Virus record (IMG/VR): IMGVR_UViG_2630968395_000002
DNA: 64,000 nucleotides
Strand: one strand, 5' to 3'
Source: an uncultured virus (IMG/VR IMGVR_UViG_2630968395_000002)
Lineage: Duplodnaviria; Heunggongvirae; Uroviricota; Caudoviricetes
The notes beneath the pieces were generated by a model. The model had not been told where the DNA came from. It saw only the letters and a list, made by a program, of their open reading frames with translations, and did not search any database. The position numbers and the translations under genes were made by a program. This document shows positions 12,526 to 22,537 of this stretch, piece by piece. Each line of letters begins with the position of its first letter. Positions within the stretch are counted from its first letter, which is position 1.

Positions 12526-12984
12526 TTAACCCCCAAGGTATTTGCCATTTACTAAGTAAGAAATAATAGCACCTTTAGCACTTAAGAAACTGTAGGAGAC
12601 ATCTACTTTGTAACCTATGTCGCCAAGTTTCGATAACCAACAATTCTGATTATTATTTACATGTCCCTTGCTACTCTTCATCTCTATCCACAACCCCGCA
12701 TACCCACCGCGCGGCAGCGCCAGAAACAAATCTGGTACGCCTTTCCTCAAACCTAGCCGCTTGGCATCCCTCGCCGCCTTTGGTCCACGTTTCCCTTCAT
12801 TGGGTATATGGATCAGATAATCCCCGATACAAATACCATCGATAACGGTTTTATCTGCCCACTCAATCAGCGCTGCCTGTTCTTCGGTTTCTGCCTGGTG
12901 GTTAACCTTGTGAACCGTTCCATTTCGTACTTCCAGCTTGGCTTTTGTTCGAACAAGGTCAATGGCATCAATTTTATTTATCAA
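12526..12984 (-). CDS. VRR-NUC domain nuclease/resolvase
   Basis: HIPNEG...GVPDLFL...LWIEMK PD-(D/E)xK pattern. Confidence 0.88.
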   Translation of the reverse strand: MINKIDAIDLVRTKAKLEVRNGTVHKVNHQAETEEQAALIEWADKTVIDGICIGDYLIHIPNEGKRGPKAARDAKRLGLRKGVPDLFLALPRGGYAGLWIEMKSSKGHVNNNQNCWLSKLGDIGYKVDVSYSFLSAKGAIISYLVNGKYLGG

Positions 12985-13916
12985 ATTTTCGTCAGTTTAT
13001 CGTCTAATAGATAGTTATATTTTTCTGGAAGGAGAGCAAATTCGCCCCAACCCAAACCTGCCAAACACAAACCAGTCCCACTCTTTTCAACTATCCCATA
13101 CATAATAATGTAGCGTCCCTGGCTATCAGTTCGGATCCCTTTATCTTGAGCATCTTTATTTTCTTGCTTAAAATAAAAATCAGAGTAATTGTCATTTCTT
13201 GGCCAATTCAATCGAGTCATCCGTATTGAGTGATCCAAAGGTTTTTTACTCCAACTACTTAATATTTTTCCAAAATATAGCCTTGGTGAATCAGTAATAT
13301 CTTTAATCACTTTTATATCAACCAACAATCTGTCAAGACGTTCCGCATTTTTTTCACCAGGTAAAACAAAGAACTTATAGTAATTATTGTCAAAATTCCG
13401 ACAAAAACCTGCGACTGTAGTTATTACATTTGGCAAAGAAAAAGACTCACCTGTATGCCTGCCAATAGCAACTTCCGACAAACCACCATCGATATCTTCT
13501 AAATAGTTTTGATCGTAAATTCCGATTTCAGACTTTTTTATTTCAGGGCGATCTGTCATAAATGCTTTCACAATTGTCAATTGATCATCTGAAATCGCTT
13601 TTTTAGCTTCTTCTTCGTTTAAATATCTTTTCCCTTCAGCTGGTTTAGAACGCAAAAAACAAGGTACATCACGAAAAGAACGTAGATGAGCAAAACTGGC
13701 GTTTCGACCATTTGTTGTCGTATCCTTATGTTTCGGCCTTCTAGTCAGTGGTGTAAAGCATTCTGGGCAGAAAATAGCTTGATCCATCTCTAGGGTAAAT
13801 TCACTAGGTAGAACTCTTCGCCCCTGAGACTTTAAAACTGGAATTGAGTGTATCGTCCTTTTCCATGTTGAATGAAAATAGGCAAACTTGATTCTAAAGG
13901 TGCTTTGATCTTCCAT
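12981..13916 (-). CDS. AT-rich accessory protein with an N-terminal CxxC...H...C zinc finger
   Basis: ~311 aa; IFCPECFTPL...ASFAH...PC; composition differs from flanking nin genes. Confidence 0.75.
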   Translation of the reverse strand: MEDQSTFRIKFAYFHSTWKRTIHSIPVLKSQGRRVLPSEFTLEMDQAIFCPECFTPLTRRPKHKDTTTNGRNASFAHLRSFRDVPCFLRSKPAEGKRYLNEEEAKKAISDDQLTIVKAFMTDRPEIKKSEIGIYDQNYLEDIDGGLSEVAIGRHTGESFSLPNVITTVAGFCRNFDNNYYKFFVLPGEKNAERLDRLLVDIKVIKDITDSPRLYFGKILSSWSKKPLDHSIRMTRLNWPRNDNYSDFYFKQENKDAQDKGIRTDSQGRYIIMYGIVEKSGTGLCLAGLGWGEFALLPEKYNYLLDDKLTKI

Positions 13917-13987
13917 GCATTCCACCAAATTGGTTTAAATATAAAGTAACTCTTATCAATTATTTTAAGTTCGTTCAATGACACACA

Positions 13988-14308
13988 TCATTTTTCAATC
14001 AGTTGGATGAGGCCACAACAGAAAAAATATTTAAAAGTTAAATGTAATGCCAATAATATCGTTTCCTCAAGCTCTCCGGGCTGCCAGTTATAAGGCACCC
14101 GGCCATCAATAACATCATGGCAGCAGTTACACCCAAATACGGCCCAGTAGTCATCTGACTTATACCCCATGCCGTGGGTTGAACTGGGTAAATGGCACAA
14201 TACCGTTGTTTCTGGATTGCTGTTACAGATGCCGGGTATCTGGAGCGTGCAGCATTGGCCCCGCGCAGAATCGCGCAGGGCTTTGCTTCTAAATGCCGAA
14301 GATTTCAT
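13988..14308 (-). CDS. DUF1364 (YbcO-like) nuclease-domain protein
   Basis: ARGQCCTLQIPGICN...TTVLCH...GMGYKSDD...CNCCHDVIDGR. Confidence 0.85.
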   Translation of the reverse strand: MKSSAFRSKALRDSARGQCCTLQIPGICNSNPETTVLCHLPSSTHGMGYKSDDYWAVFGCNCCHDVIDGRVPYNWQPGELEETILLALHLTFKYFFCCGLIQLIEK

Positions 14309-14309
14309 A

Positions 14310-14957
14310 TCAATACTCCAGCAACCGGTTAACTGCCTGTTCCATCTCATACTCGTCATCAAAGTGCTGGCCTAATGTCTCATTCCAGATAACACCGGCC
14401 ACCCCTTTATAAATTCGGTCAAAAACGCCCTGATCCATATTCACGAACGCAATACTCCAGCGCTGCTTCAATGTGCCGCCCTCTGGGTTGGGCATCAGGT
14501 CATAGAATCCGGCTTTGATCATGACGTGGTTGAAATAAGCGGAGTCCGTCTTTACCGCCTCTCCATCAAACCTTTTCTGGCGCTGCCTGATTACTCTGTC
14601 TAGCACCGCCTGAGCGATAGACTTTGTCACCTTCTCATAGAGTTCCGGATCTCCTGCAGCGCTGCCCACAGCTTTAGCTACCTCGTGAGCTATCCACTCT
14701 TCAGGTGCGCTAACAAAGGTCCAATCCGGTACCCAATAAGAGAACCCCAGCTCGAGCAGTTTCCAGAACTTACGGTGATGCTTCAGGTTGCGCCGGTCAC
14801 CAATTGGGCTCATTGAAATTGGAGTGCCCGCAGGCACCCCCTTCATAGTTTCCCGATCATGGTCAGTGGCGTACTTGATTCCACCCCCAGGTAACAGCAC
14901 GCCCAATACTTCAGTCTTTTTCTTTCTCGGGGACTTAGTTCGCGGTGCTGTTGTCAT
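14310..14957 (-). CDS. DUF1367 family nin-region protein
   Basis: RNLKHHRKFWKLL...SIAFVNMDQ motifs. Confidence 0.8.
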   Translation of the reverse strand: MTTAPRTKSPRKKKTEVLGVLLPGGGIKYATDHDRETMKGVPAGTPISMSPIGDRRNLKHHRKFWKLLELGFSYWVPDWTFVSAPEEWIAHEVAKAVGSAAGDPELYEKVTKSIAQAVLDRVIRQRQKRFDGEAVKTDSAYFNHVMIKAGFYDLMPNPEGGTLKQRWSIAFVNMDQGVFDRIYKGVAGVIWNETLGQHFDDEYEMEQAVNRLLEY

Positions 14958-16699
14958 GCCGCCACCTCATCGCGATCTACACACATTTCTGGCAGATTGG
15001 CCCGAACCAGCGCTTCCGCAAATGGCGGTGGCACCGCATTACCACAGCGGGCTACCTGCTTATCTTTGGCGTATTTAGTACCGGTGTAATCGCGGTCGAT
15101 GATGTACCAGTTCGGGAAACCCTGCGCGGCGTAAAGCTCATGCGGCTGCAACATACGCATACCGATATCCACAATCTGATAATCAATGCCCTCGACCGTC
15201 ACCAGACCGAACCGGTCATTGGTGGTCACTGTGTGCAGGGGGCCATTCAGGCTAACACCCTCTTTCTCATTGCCGTAATACTTGAGTAAGAAAGCACGAA
15301 CCTCACCGATATGCAGACCACCGGCAGTGATTGTTGGCATTGGCTGGGTAACCTGCTGACCGTCTTTGCAAGTGCCGCGCAGCTTTATCAGGTTAGAAGT
15401 CACCAACGCATGATGATCAACCGTTGTCACTGTGTGGGCTGGCTGATTCAGATCAGCGCCTGAGCCGGTATAGTTGCCGCCGAAGTGTTTAGCCAGGAAT
15501 GCAGAAACAAGCCGAGACTTGCCACCTCCACCCGCTGTAATAGTACCGCTTGGATCATCAACCACATGCCCCACACTATTACCAAACTCACGAGCAATGA
15601 TCGGGGCGACAAGAAGGTGTTCAGCCTTACTAGTGATTGTCGTTAGTGGTTTACCCACTTCATACGCCATACGATCGCCACCAAAACCGGTTTGACCGAT
15701 ACGGGCTATGATTGGAGTGACCAATGAGAAGCCAGGCGTTTTGGTAATGGCCTGCAACGGATCAATTAATGGCTGCCCCCGGAAACAGTCATATGTAGTT
15801 TTACTGCTGGTGTGGTTACACTTCACGATAAACGGCGTGGGGTTATCCATAACGAAACGTTGAATGCCCCGCGCAATGCGTTTGAGGGTGTTCTCCGCTA
15901 GCGGTTTCTTGCGATCGAAAATACTCGGGCAAGGAATTGACCAATCAATACACTCGGCGGCGGTGCGCCACGGTTTACGGTGTCCGCTCTGAACTTCCAA
16001 TAATTTTGGATCGCCGTGAGTCGGCTCCGGCCACACTACTGGCAAACCATCACAACGCATTACCATAAAGAAGCGCTTTCTGATGGTTGGCGCACCATAA
16101 TCACTGGCCCGAAGTTCTTTGTGATCAACGACGTATCCCAAACCAGCCTGCAGTCGTTTAGCATCTATACTATTGATATCAATCCCTAAAACCTCGCAGC
16201 ACTCCTGTAACGCTGGATGTTCGGCATCAATACCCGTAGTCAGCATCGCTACAAATGCGGCGAATGTCTCACCCGCGCGGGCGGGATCGGGGTGTTCTGT
16301 GCCATCTTCGGCAGTCAGTAGCGGTCCCCACGTTTTAAACTCTTCCACATTTTCCAGCATCACTACTCGAGGCTTTTTCGCTAACCCCCAACGAATCAGT
16401 ATCCACGCTAAACCACGGATCTCTTTTTTAACTGGCTTACTGCCCTTCGCCTTACTGAAATGGCGGCAATCAGGGCTGAACCATGCAAGTCCGACAGGTC
16501 TGCCGGCGGTCGCGGCCACGGGGTCAATATCGAATACTGACTCACAATAATGCAGGGTGTCGGGGTGATTGGTGGTGTGCATGGCGATAGCATTCGGATC
16601 ATGATTGATGGCGATATCAACACTGCGCCCGGTTGCCATTTCGATCCCGGTAGAAGCCCCACCGCCACCAGCAAAATTATCTACGATGATCTCTTTCAT
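14954..16699 (-). CDS. DNA cytosine-C5 methyltransferase
   Basis: FAGGGG motif I, SPDC motif IV, ENV motif VI, RKRFF motif VIII, GNAV motif X. Confidence 0.95.
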   Translation of the reverse strand: MKEIIVDNFAGGGGASTGIEMATGRSVDIAINHDPNAIAMHTTNHPDTLHYCESVFDIDPVAATAGRPVGLAWFSPDCRHFSKAKGSKPVKKEIRGLAWILIRWGLAKKPRVVMLENVEEFKTWGPLLTAEDGTEHPDPARAGETFAAFVAMLTTGIDAEHPALQECCEVLGIDINSIDAKRLQAGLGYVVDHKELRASDYGAPTIRKRFFMVMRCDGLPVVWPEPTHGDPKLLEVQSGHRKPWRTAAECIDWSIPCPSIFDRKKPLAENTLKRIARGIQRFVMDNPTPFIVKCNHTSSKTTYDCFRGQPLIDPLQAITKTPGFSLVTPIIARIGQTGFGGDRMAYEVGKPLTTITSKAEHLLVAPIIAREFGNSVGHVVDDPSGTITAGGGGKSRLVSAFLAKHFGGNYTGSGADLNQPAHTVTTVDHHALVTSNLIKLRGTCKDGQQVTQPMPTITAGGLHIGEVRAFLLKYYGNEKEGVSLNGPLHTVTTNDRFGLVTVEGIDYQIVDIGMRMLQPHELYAAQGFPNWYIIDRDYTGTKYAKDKQVARCGNAVPPPFAEALVRANLPEMCVDRDEVAA

Positions 16700-17571
16700 G
16701 ATGTTGCTCCCATAGCGGCGGTGAGTGTTGTGGCGGCGGCAATGATGGCATCAGACGGAATACCGTCTAATTTCATACGGTTGATATTGCCTAAGATTTT
16801 ATGTTGCAGGTCGGCGGGTAATTCAGCGGCACCCGATATTTTGCTGAAATACAGATTTACTTCGACCGGCCAGACGGTGTTGCCAGTTTCCGGTACTGGA
16901 ATATTTTTCGGCTGGTTTTGTGGTATCAGGCGCTCAGCCTCTCTGCGGATCTGCGCTAAAAATGCCTCACCAGTGGCAAGTAATTGCTCACGGGTGATAT
17001 AGCTAATCGCAGGGCCACGCCATTCCTTATCGAAAATGGCAATAGCCGCACCAAAACCCGCATTGCAGGCAACTTGAGTGTTATCTTCGGGACGGAACCA
17101 AGCCGGTACTTCAAAGCCAATTCTGCCGCGAATGAATGCAATATGGTCTGCTTCTTCAGGCCACCACACCTCTGACGTTGCCGCTTTGGTCAAATAGACA
17201 TAGCGACCGCCGCGCTGCCGCATTTCGGAGGTATAAGCCATGATGTGCCGCATGCCAGTGATATATTGCCCTTCATGCTTTTTCGCCGTGCTGTAGGGAG
17301 GGTTAGCAAATGCAGCGCCATTCAACTCGGTCAGTTTCGTAGCCCAGTCTTGAGTGAGCGAGTTATCTTCCGCAGTGTAATAAGCGGGTGTTTTCGCATT
17401 CTCGCAATCACTGAACAGATCCAGAACTAACGGGCCAAACATCGCATTGATACCCCAAAACAAAGCATCTGGCGTGCGCCACTGGTCGCCAATTAATTTC
17501 AACTTATGTGTTGGGGCGGACTTGAGAGCGGCCAGATCATGAACATATTGGGTATTGGAGAAATCAATCAT
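16696..17571 (-). CDS. Phage N6-adenine DNA methyltransferase (phage Dam family)
   Basis: DQWRTP, LDLF, NPPYS, FIRGRIGF. Confidence 0.9.
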   Translation of the reverse strand: MIDFSNTQYVHDLAALKSAPTHKLKLIGDQWRTPDALFWGINAMFGPLVLDLFSDCENAKTPAYYTAEDNSLTQDWATKLTELNGAAFANPPYSTAKKHEGQYITGMRHIMAYTSEMRQRGGRYVYLTKAATSEVWWPEEADHIAFIRGRIGFEVPAWFRPEDNTQVACNAGFGAAIAIFDKEWRGPAISYITREQLLATGEAFLAQIRREAERLIPQNQPKNIPVPETGNTVWPVEVNLYFSKISGAAELPADLQHKILGNINRMKLDGIPSDAIIAAATTLTAAMGATS

Positions 17572-18494
17572 GCTGCACACCCCTTATTAATTGGATACGC
17601 AGATAAAATACTTTCGATACGAGCTGGAACCAGTTCAGCGTATGCTGGGTTCAATTCGCAAAGAATAGCTTTACGACCACTGCCGATAGCGACGCCAGCA
17701 GTCGTGCCACTACCACCGAATGGGTCCAAAATCACGCCACCAGTCGGACAACCAGCCAAAACACAAGGTTCAATTAGTGCTGGCGGGAAAGTAGCGAAAT
17801 GAGCTTCTTTGTAACCACGAGTGGCCACAGTCCAAACGTTGCGCTTTGCCCGCATACCATCAGAGACAGTATCTTTACGATCAGCACGATGGGTACCCAC
17901 ATTTTGCCCAGGTATAACTACCGCTCGCTTACTGTCTTCCCGCTTGAAGTTATCGCGGGCAGATATCCTGCCGCGATTTCTGTCACTCTTATCCATGCCA
18001 TGCCCAAAGCCGACGCCGGTATTTTTACCGCTGTAGACAGATGGTTCTCTAATTGCCTCATGATCGAAGTAATAGCTTTTCGACTTACTCAGCAAAAATA
18101 TATATTCGTGGGCTTTGGTACAGCGGTCACGCACGCTTTCTGGCATAGGATTGGATTTGTGCCAGATAATGTCTTGGCGAAGGATCCAACCGTCATTTTG
18201 TAACGCAAAGGCAAAACGCCATGGCATACCATTCAATTGCTTCCCTTTGTCCCAACTATCCCCCATGTTTACCCATAAAGTGCCATCATCACGAAGAACG
18301 CGGCGAACCTCACGAAACACCGCGACAAGCCGTTGAATAAACGCCGCAGGGCTTTCCTCTAAACCAATCTGCCCTTCAACACCATAATCACGTAGCCCAT
18401 AATATGGCGGGCTGGTAATGCAGCTATGAACGGACTGATCTGGCATTTTGCGCATTGAGTCTATGCAATCACCGATAAAAATCTGGTAACTCAT
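17568..18494 (-). CDS. N4-cytosine/N6-adenine DNA methyltransferase (beta class)
   Basis: TSPPY, HFATFP, LDPFGGSGTT. Confidence 0.93.
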   Translation of the reverse strand: MSYQIFIGDCIDSMRKMPDQSVHSCITSPPYYGLRDYGVEGQIGLEESPAAFIQRLVAVFREVRRVLRDDGTLWVNMGDSWDKGKQLNGMPWRFAFALQNDGWILRQDIIWHKSNPMPESVRDRCTKAHEYIFLLSKSKSYYFDHEAIREPSVYSGKNTGVGFGHGMDKSDRNRGRISARDNFKREDSKRAVVIPGQNVGTHRADRKDTVSDGMRAKRNVWTVATRGYKEAHFATFPPALIEPCVLAGCPTGGVILDPFGGSGTTAGVAIGSGRKAILCELNPAYAELVPARIESILSAYPINKGCAA

Positions 18495-18838
18495 TGCATG
18501 CCTCCTTGCGTGGTAGGAACCAGACGATAAAACCAAACCCGCTTGCCGCTATCATCGTTACGGACAATTTTGACCTGTTTAACCAACCCATGGCGGACAG
18601 GATTAATTTCACGCAGACGAGCACTTATAGCGGCCTGGGTATCACCTTCACCGGGGAACATCTGAGACATCAACTTTTCGAGTTCGCGCAGTGTCCGCCA
18701 ATCAGCACCACTTGCGGCGGTGATCACGCGGTTTAACTGGCTGTTTGCATCACTTATACGGCCAGCTAATTGCATGGATCTTACTGCGTTATTGATACCA
18801 ACCCTTTCGGCATTGGGTACGTGTGGTTTGATCACCAT
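18491..18838 (-). CDS. Hypothetical winged-HTH-like phage protein
   Basis: WRTLREL...AISARLRE...WFYRL; coupled to neighbours. Confidence 0.65.
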   Translation of the reverse strand: MVIKPHVPNAERVGINNAVRSMQLAGRISDANSQLNRVITAASGADWRTLRELEKLMSQMFPGEGDTQAAISARLREINPVRHGLVKQVKIVRNDDSGKRVWFYRLVPTTQGGMQ

Positions 18839-19974
18839 TACGCGCCCTCCCCAGCAAGCACTTCGCGGGTCCCGTCTGGTGCGGGTTGGGACACAATGCC
18901 TTCAGCCTGCATTCTTTCAATCAGCCATGCGGCACGGTTATAGCCAATACGGAGTTCACGCTGTAGCCCCGAAATTGAGGCTTTTCCTTTCGCCTTGGTG
19001 AAGTTCACTGCTTCTGGATAGCGATCATCATCGTCCCGTTCTACTCCATCCAAATCTACCCATGAACTGCTGGTTGCCTCGCCGCCCAGCGCATCCACTA
19101 GATGGGCAATCAGTGCGGCCAGTTCACCCGCCATCAAAATAAAATCGGCATCAAAACGCTGCGCGTAATCCTCGCGGTCGATATCGTCGTTCCGCTCCAG
19201 CAGCGTGGTGCTGTATTTCACTCTCTTCAGGCTGCCATCGTCGGACAGCATAAAGCTAATGCGCCCCTGCCACTCCAATGCCAACTTGGTCACCAGCTTA
19301 CCGGCGGCGATATGCCCACGGATCTCGTCACTGACTAAATCCTGATGTTTACTGCGCAGAATGCCGCCCTGCTCCAAAACGGCTTTAAGCTCGGCTTCTT
19401 CCTGTAAGATGAATCCCGCAGGCGCAGCGCCAGAGCGCAACCACTCGGTTAACGTCAGTTCAATCGGGGTCTCCAGTGTCAAAGGGACCACAGGCAGAGA
19501 ACCCATGGTTTTGCGCAGCAATGCCAACGCATTTTCAGCTTTCCGCGCGCTGGCAGCATCAATGATAATTAACCCGGCCCCTGCGTTAATCCAGATGGAT
19601 GTTGTAGAGTATTTGCTAAAGGCCCGAGGCAATAGAGTCTGGATAACTTCATCTTTCAGCGAGTCTTTTTCTGTTTTTTTCAGTTTACGATGTTGCTCTT
19701 GCTCCAAACGCTCAACTTTACTCGCCAACTCACGAGCGATAACCGGGGCGGGTAAATCCTTTTTTTCACACTGCAATGTGATAAGGATTTGCTTGTTAGC
19801 CACATGCGCAAGCGTTGCGCTTTCGTTACCCATTGGCGATATCCAACCGGTTTTCGCCATATCCTGACTGCCGCACGGTGTGAATGCGAACTGCGCCATT
19901 TGCTCTTCCAAATCAGCGAAAGAAACATCGCGAGATAATTTGTAAATCAATACATTCTTGAAATTAATGCTCAT
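18838..19974 (-). CDS. rdgC: Recombination-associated RdgC with a C-terminal FtsK-gamma domain
   Basis: FKNVLIY...FTPCGSQD...GW RdgC N-terminus; [24 protein letters not shown]tsK-gamma. Confidence 0.9.
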   Translation of the reverse strand: MSINFKNVLIYKLSRDVSFADLEEQMAQFAFTPCGSQDMAKTGWISPMGNESATLAHVANKQILITLQCEKKDLPAPVIARELASKVERLEQEQHRKLKKTEKDSLKDEVIQTLLPRAFSKYSTTSIWINAGAGLIIIDAASARKAENALALLRKTMGSLPVVPLTLETPIELTLTEWLRSGAAPAGFILQEEAELKAVLEQGGILRSKHQDLVSDEIRGHIAAGKLVTKLALEWQGRISFMLSDDGSLKRVKYSTTLLERNDDIDREDYAQRFDADFILMAGELAALIAHLVDALGGEATSSSWVDLDGVERDDDDRYPEAVNFTKAKGKASISGLQRELRIGYNRAAWLIERMQAEGIVSQPAPDGTREVLAGEGA

Positions 19975-19977
19975 TGG

Positions 19978-20754
19978 TCAGTCCTCGGTAATTTTATTAT
20001 TTTGCAAACCGTGGTCGGCGGTCTGCTGCAATGACTCTTGGTATTTGTGTTCCAGAGACGCTTGTAGCCTAATACTTTCATCACGCCATGTGCTTTCTCG
20101 CGCCTCCTGATCCTGCTTAATTCTCCCCTTCAGTTCGTCTAAAAATTGTCGTATTTTTGTGGGTACTTCATTCCCAGCCTTCCCCTTTTCTGGCAACAAC
20201 AACTGATACTTTTCGGCTTTAGGTCTGGGAAGCAATCCTGTTGTTACGGCCTGCTCAACGGTACGTTTTACTGTCTCTTTGTCCCATCCTTCAGACACTG
20301 ACCATGACGGTGATCGGCCTGTCCCTTGCGCTGCCTTAGCCAATCGTTCATAAGCAGCGATAAAAGCCATACGTGCGCCAATTTTGTCGCCCTCCTGCAT
20401 GATTGGCTGGGCAATACTCCATGCCTGGGCAATTTCATTCGTCCAAACCACGGTGTTAGCTTCATCTTGCGCGGGTAATGCCAATGCCCACGCCTCATTC
20501 GCTGAGAGCCAATCTGGTTTACCGTCAATATTTTGGATATTGCGGATAATATCGGCGGGCTTAGGTGAAAACCGGCCTTGTTCTGGATCTATCACCCAGT
20601 TGCTGAACGCTTGACGCACAGTTTCAATGTCGTATGGCAGTAAAGCATTCCAATAAATTTTTAGTACAGCCTTGGATCCGTCTTTGCCGTAGATCGCCAA
20701 AATAGCTTTCATGATCTCAGCAAATTCTCGTTTTTCAGTCTCTGCTTCCCGCAT
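19978..20754 (-). CDS. Replication protein P-like (helicase loader position)
   Basis: Follows O; GRFSPKPADII motif. Confidence 0.6.
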   Translation of the reverse strand: MREAETEKREFAEIMKAILAIYGKDGSKAVLKIYWNALLPYDIETVRQAFSNWVIDPEQGRFSPKPADIIRNIQNIDGKPDWLSANEAWALALPAQDEANTVVWTNEIAQAWSIAQPIMQEGDKIGARMAFIAAYERLAKAAQGTGRSPSWSVSEGWDKETVKRTVEQAVTTGLLPRPKAEKYQLLLPEKGKAGNEVPTKIRQFLDELKGRIKQDQEARESTWRDESIRLQASLEHKYQESLQQTADHGLQNNKITED

Positions 20755-20757
20755 GGA

Positions 20758-21603
20758 TCACCCCCCACACCTGACAAAATCGTCAGCAACCTGTGCATTG
20801 CGGGCCTCCAGTGCTTCCTGACGACTCAGGCCGGTGTTACCCGCGTACTGACTCTGTGGCCGACTCCGATTTTGTAACCATTCAAATTTGAACCCCTGCC
20901 AACCGGCAGCCATAGCTTCCGCTAACGAATCATCCACCGACCACCCAGCCCCAGCCGCTTTGTTCAACTCCTTACCCAGCATGTTCACCACGGTCTGCGT
21001 CATCGGCGCTCGTTTTGCTTTTCGGTGTATTAGGTAGTCATCCCAAATCTCAGGACTCACCGCCATTGGGAAAGACGAAAAATCAAATAACGAACTTTTA
21101 ACCGCCTTACGCTTGCGCTTCTCTGAAGTAGTCTCTGTTGTACTCTCTGTAATCTCTGTATGAACATCAGGGCAATTTGCCCCCTTCTGATGGGGGCAAT
21201 CTGCACTAATGGATGGGGGCAAGTTGCTATCTCCATCAGGGCAATCTGCCCCCTTGGACTGTGGCAATTTGCTGTCACTGTTTAGTGCGTCACACTCATA
21301 GTGAATCGTGTAATAATTCGTCATGTCACGTTGCGCTTTTGCTAACTGCTCAACACGGACGCATCCCGATTTTTCCAATGACAAAAGTGTGCGTTTTACT
21401 GTATCAATGGACCAAAACGGGAACTGCTTTACCCACTCTTTATGTGTGTTGTAAACCCACTGAAGGCCTTCCTGTTCAATGCCTGAGTTAGTTTCTGTTA
21501 GCCAATAATTGATCTGCTGCAAAATAATGGCTTCATTCAGACCGATACGGGCCGCTAACTCTGGATTGATCACCAGTGGCCGATATTTAAATAACAAGCT
21601 CAT
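20758..21603 (-). CDS. Replication initiator (O-like)
   Basis: RPLVINPELA..IGLNEAIILQQINYW N-terminus, GWQGFK C-terminus, internal iterons. Confidence 0.85.
   Translation of the reverse strand: MSLLFKYRPLVINPELAARIGLNEAIILQQINYWLTETNSGIEQEGLQWVYNTHKEWVKQFPFWSIDTVKRTLLSLEKSGCVRVEQLAKAQRDMTNYYTIHYECDALNSDSKLPQSKGADCPDGDSNLPPSISADCPHQKGANCPDVHTEITESTTETTSEKRKRKAVKSSLFDFSSFPMAVSPEIWDDYLIHRKAKRAPMTQTVVNMLGKELNKAAGAGWSVDDSLAEAMAAGWQGFKFEWLQNRSRPQSQYAGNTGLSRQEALEARNAQVADDFVRCGG
21170..21272. repeat. Replication origin iterons (5 copies of GGCAANNTGC)
   Basis: Copies near 21170, 21194, 21217, 21239 and 21262, spaced ~23 bp, inside the initiator gene. Confidence 0.8.
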
Positions 21604-21611
21604 AGATCCCC

Positions 21612-21791
21612 CTACGGCTGCTTAGTATCAGAGGGACTATGTTGACGGGAATAAAACGCCTGAGTCACCCCAGACAAAGCCCCTGTGATAGCCATACGGC
21701 GGGCCTCCTGCCCGTCAATAGCCAGTTTTTTACCCACAATATTGGCAATGAGTTCTACCGATTGTGTGGTTGTAGGCGTGATGTTAGTCAT
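21612..21791 (-). CDS. Small hypothetical protein (59 aa)
   Basis: MTNITPTTTQSVELIANIVGKK...; ATGA-coupled to upstream gene; below ORF-track cutoff. Confidence 0.6.
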   Translation of the reverse strand: MTNITPTTTQSVELIANIVGKKLAIDGQEARRMAITGALSGVTQAFYSRQHSPSDTKQP

Positions 21792-22150
21792 TGGGATTTC
21801 TCCTGTCTGATGGGAAGCTCAGGCAGCCACTCAGGTACCGGCAGTCCGGCGAGTTTTAATTCGGCATGAACATGAACCAGCATGTCGGGAGCTTCGGCAA
21901 ACATCGCCAAAAATCCACGAATGGCGGCTACATTGGTTTCTACTGCGGGGTTGGATTCCAGCGCGTTGGCGGTACTTTTTATGGCCACTGCCTCGCTTTC
22001 TGTCCATCGGGTCTTAATCTGATCTTCACGCACGGTATGGAACGGTAAACCGTTCTTTCCCACCTTTTTGCGGGATAGCAACTCCCGCCGAACGTCAGAT
22101 GCTATCGCAGCCCCTGCCGTTATAGCGGCAGGTTGATAAATTGTGGTCAT
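21788..22150 (-). CDS. Hypothetical regulator in the cII position
   Basis: First gene after cro; preceded by the GAGGACTGACCAATG motif. Confidence 0.6.
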   Translation of the reverse strand: MTTIYQPAAITAGAAIASDVRRELLSRKKVGKNGLPFHTVREDQIKTRWTESEAVAIKSTANALESNPAVETNVAAIRGFLAMFAEAPDMLVHVHAELKLAGLPVPEWLPELPIRQEKSQ

Positions 22151-22167
22151 TGGTCAGTCCTCTATCT

Positions 22168-22413
22168 TTACTGATGAGCTGGTTTGGTCAGAACCAGGCT
22201 AAGATTTTCCGGGTTGCGGCCATAGTCGGCCGGGTTGTAGATGTATGGGATGTTAGAAGATAAATGACACAACAGAGCAATATCTTCGGGCACTCCTTGA
22301 GATCGCCACTTACCCACTGCCTGCCCGGTTCGTGACTTACCTTTTGCAGGAAATCGGCGGCCAATTTCCGCATTGCTTCCAATTTCAGTTTTCAAAATAT
22401 CATACAATTTCAT
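22168..22413 (-). CDS. cro: Cro-like HTH repressor
   Basis: GSNAEIGRRF...TGQAVGKW...GVP; divergent from cI; SD GAGGAGG. Confidence 0.8.
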   Translation of the reverse strand: MKLYDILKTEIGSNAEIGRRFPAKGKSRTGQAVGKWRSQGVPEDIALLCHLSSNIPYIYNPADYGRNPENLSLVLTKPAHQ

Positions 22414-22429
22414 GGATACCTCCTCACTA

Positions 22430-22525
22430 ATCGTAACCAAAGTATCAGATTCAGGCAAGAGCATAACGAAAACAAAGTTTCCAAAGATAGTGTTACTTTG
22501 GTGTCAATTTTTAGCTGGATATAAT
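22430..22525. promoter_or_regulatory. OR region: PR, PRM and three 14-bp operators
   Basis: PR TTGCCT-17-TACGAT (minus, 22458-22430); PRM -10 TATAAT 22520-22525; operators GTAACCAAAGTATC 22433, GAAAACAAAGTTTC 22468, GTTACTTTGGTGTC 22492. Confidence 0.75.
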
Positions 22526-22537
22526 TCAGAGGAATCA

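Noticed and set aside
12526..18494. Methyltransferases plus VRR-NUC/DUF1364 as a restriction-modification system
   Set aside because: These nucleases are common nin-region recombination/resolvase genes, so the MTases are best read as orphans
21170..21272. Regularly spaced palindromic repeats as a novel array
   Set aside because: Position inside the initiator gene identifies them as ordinary origin iterons
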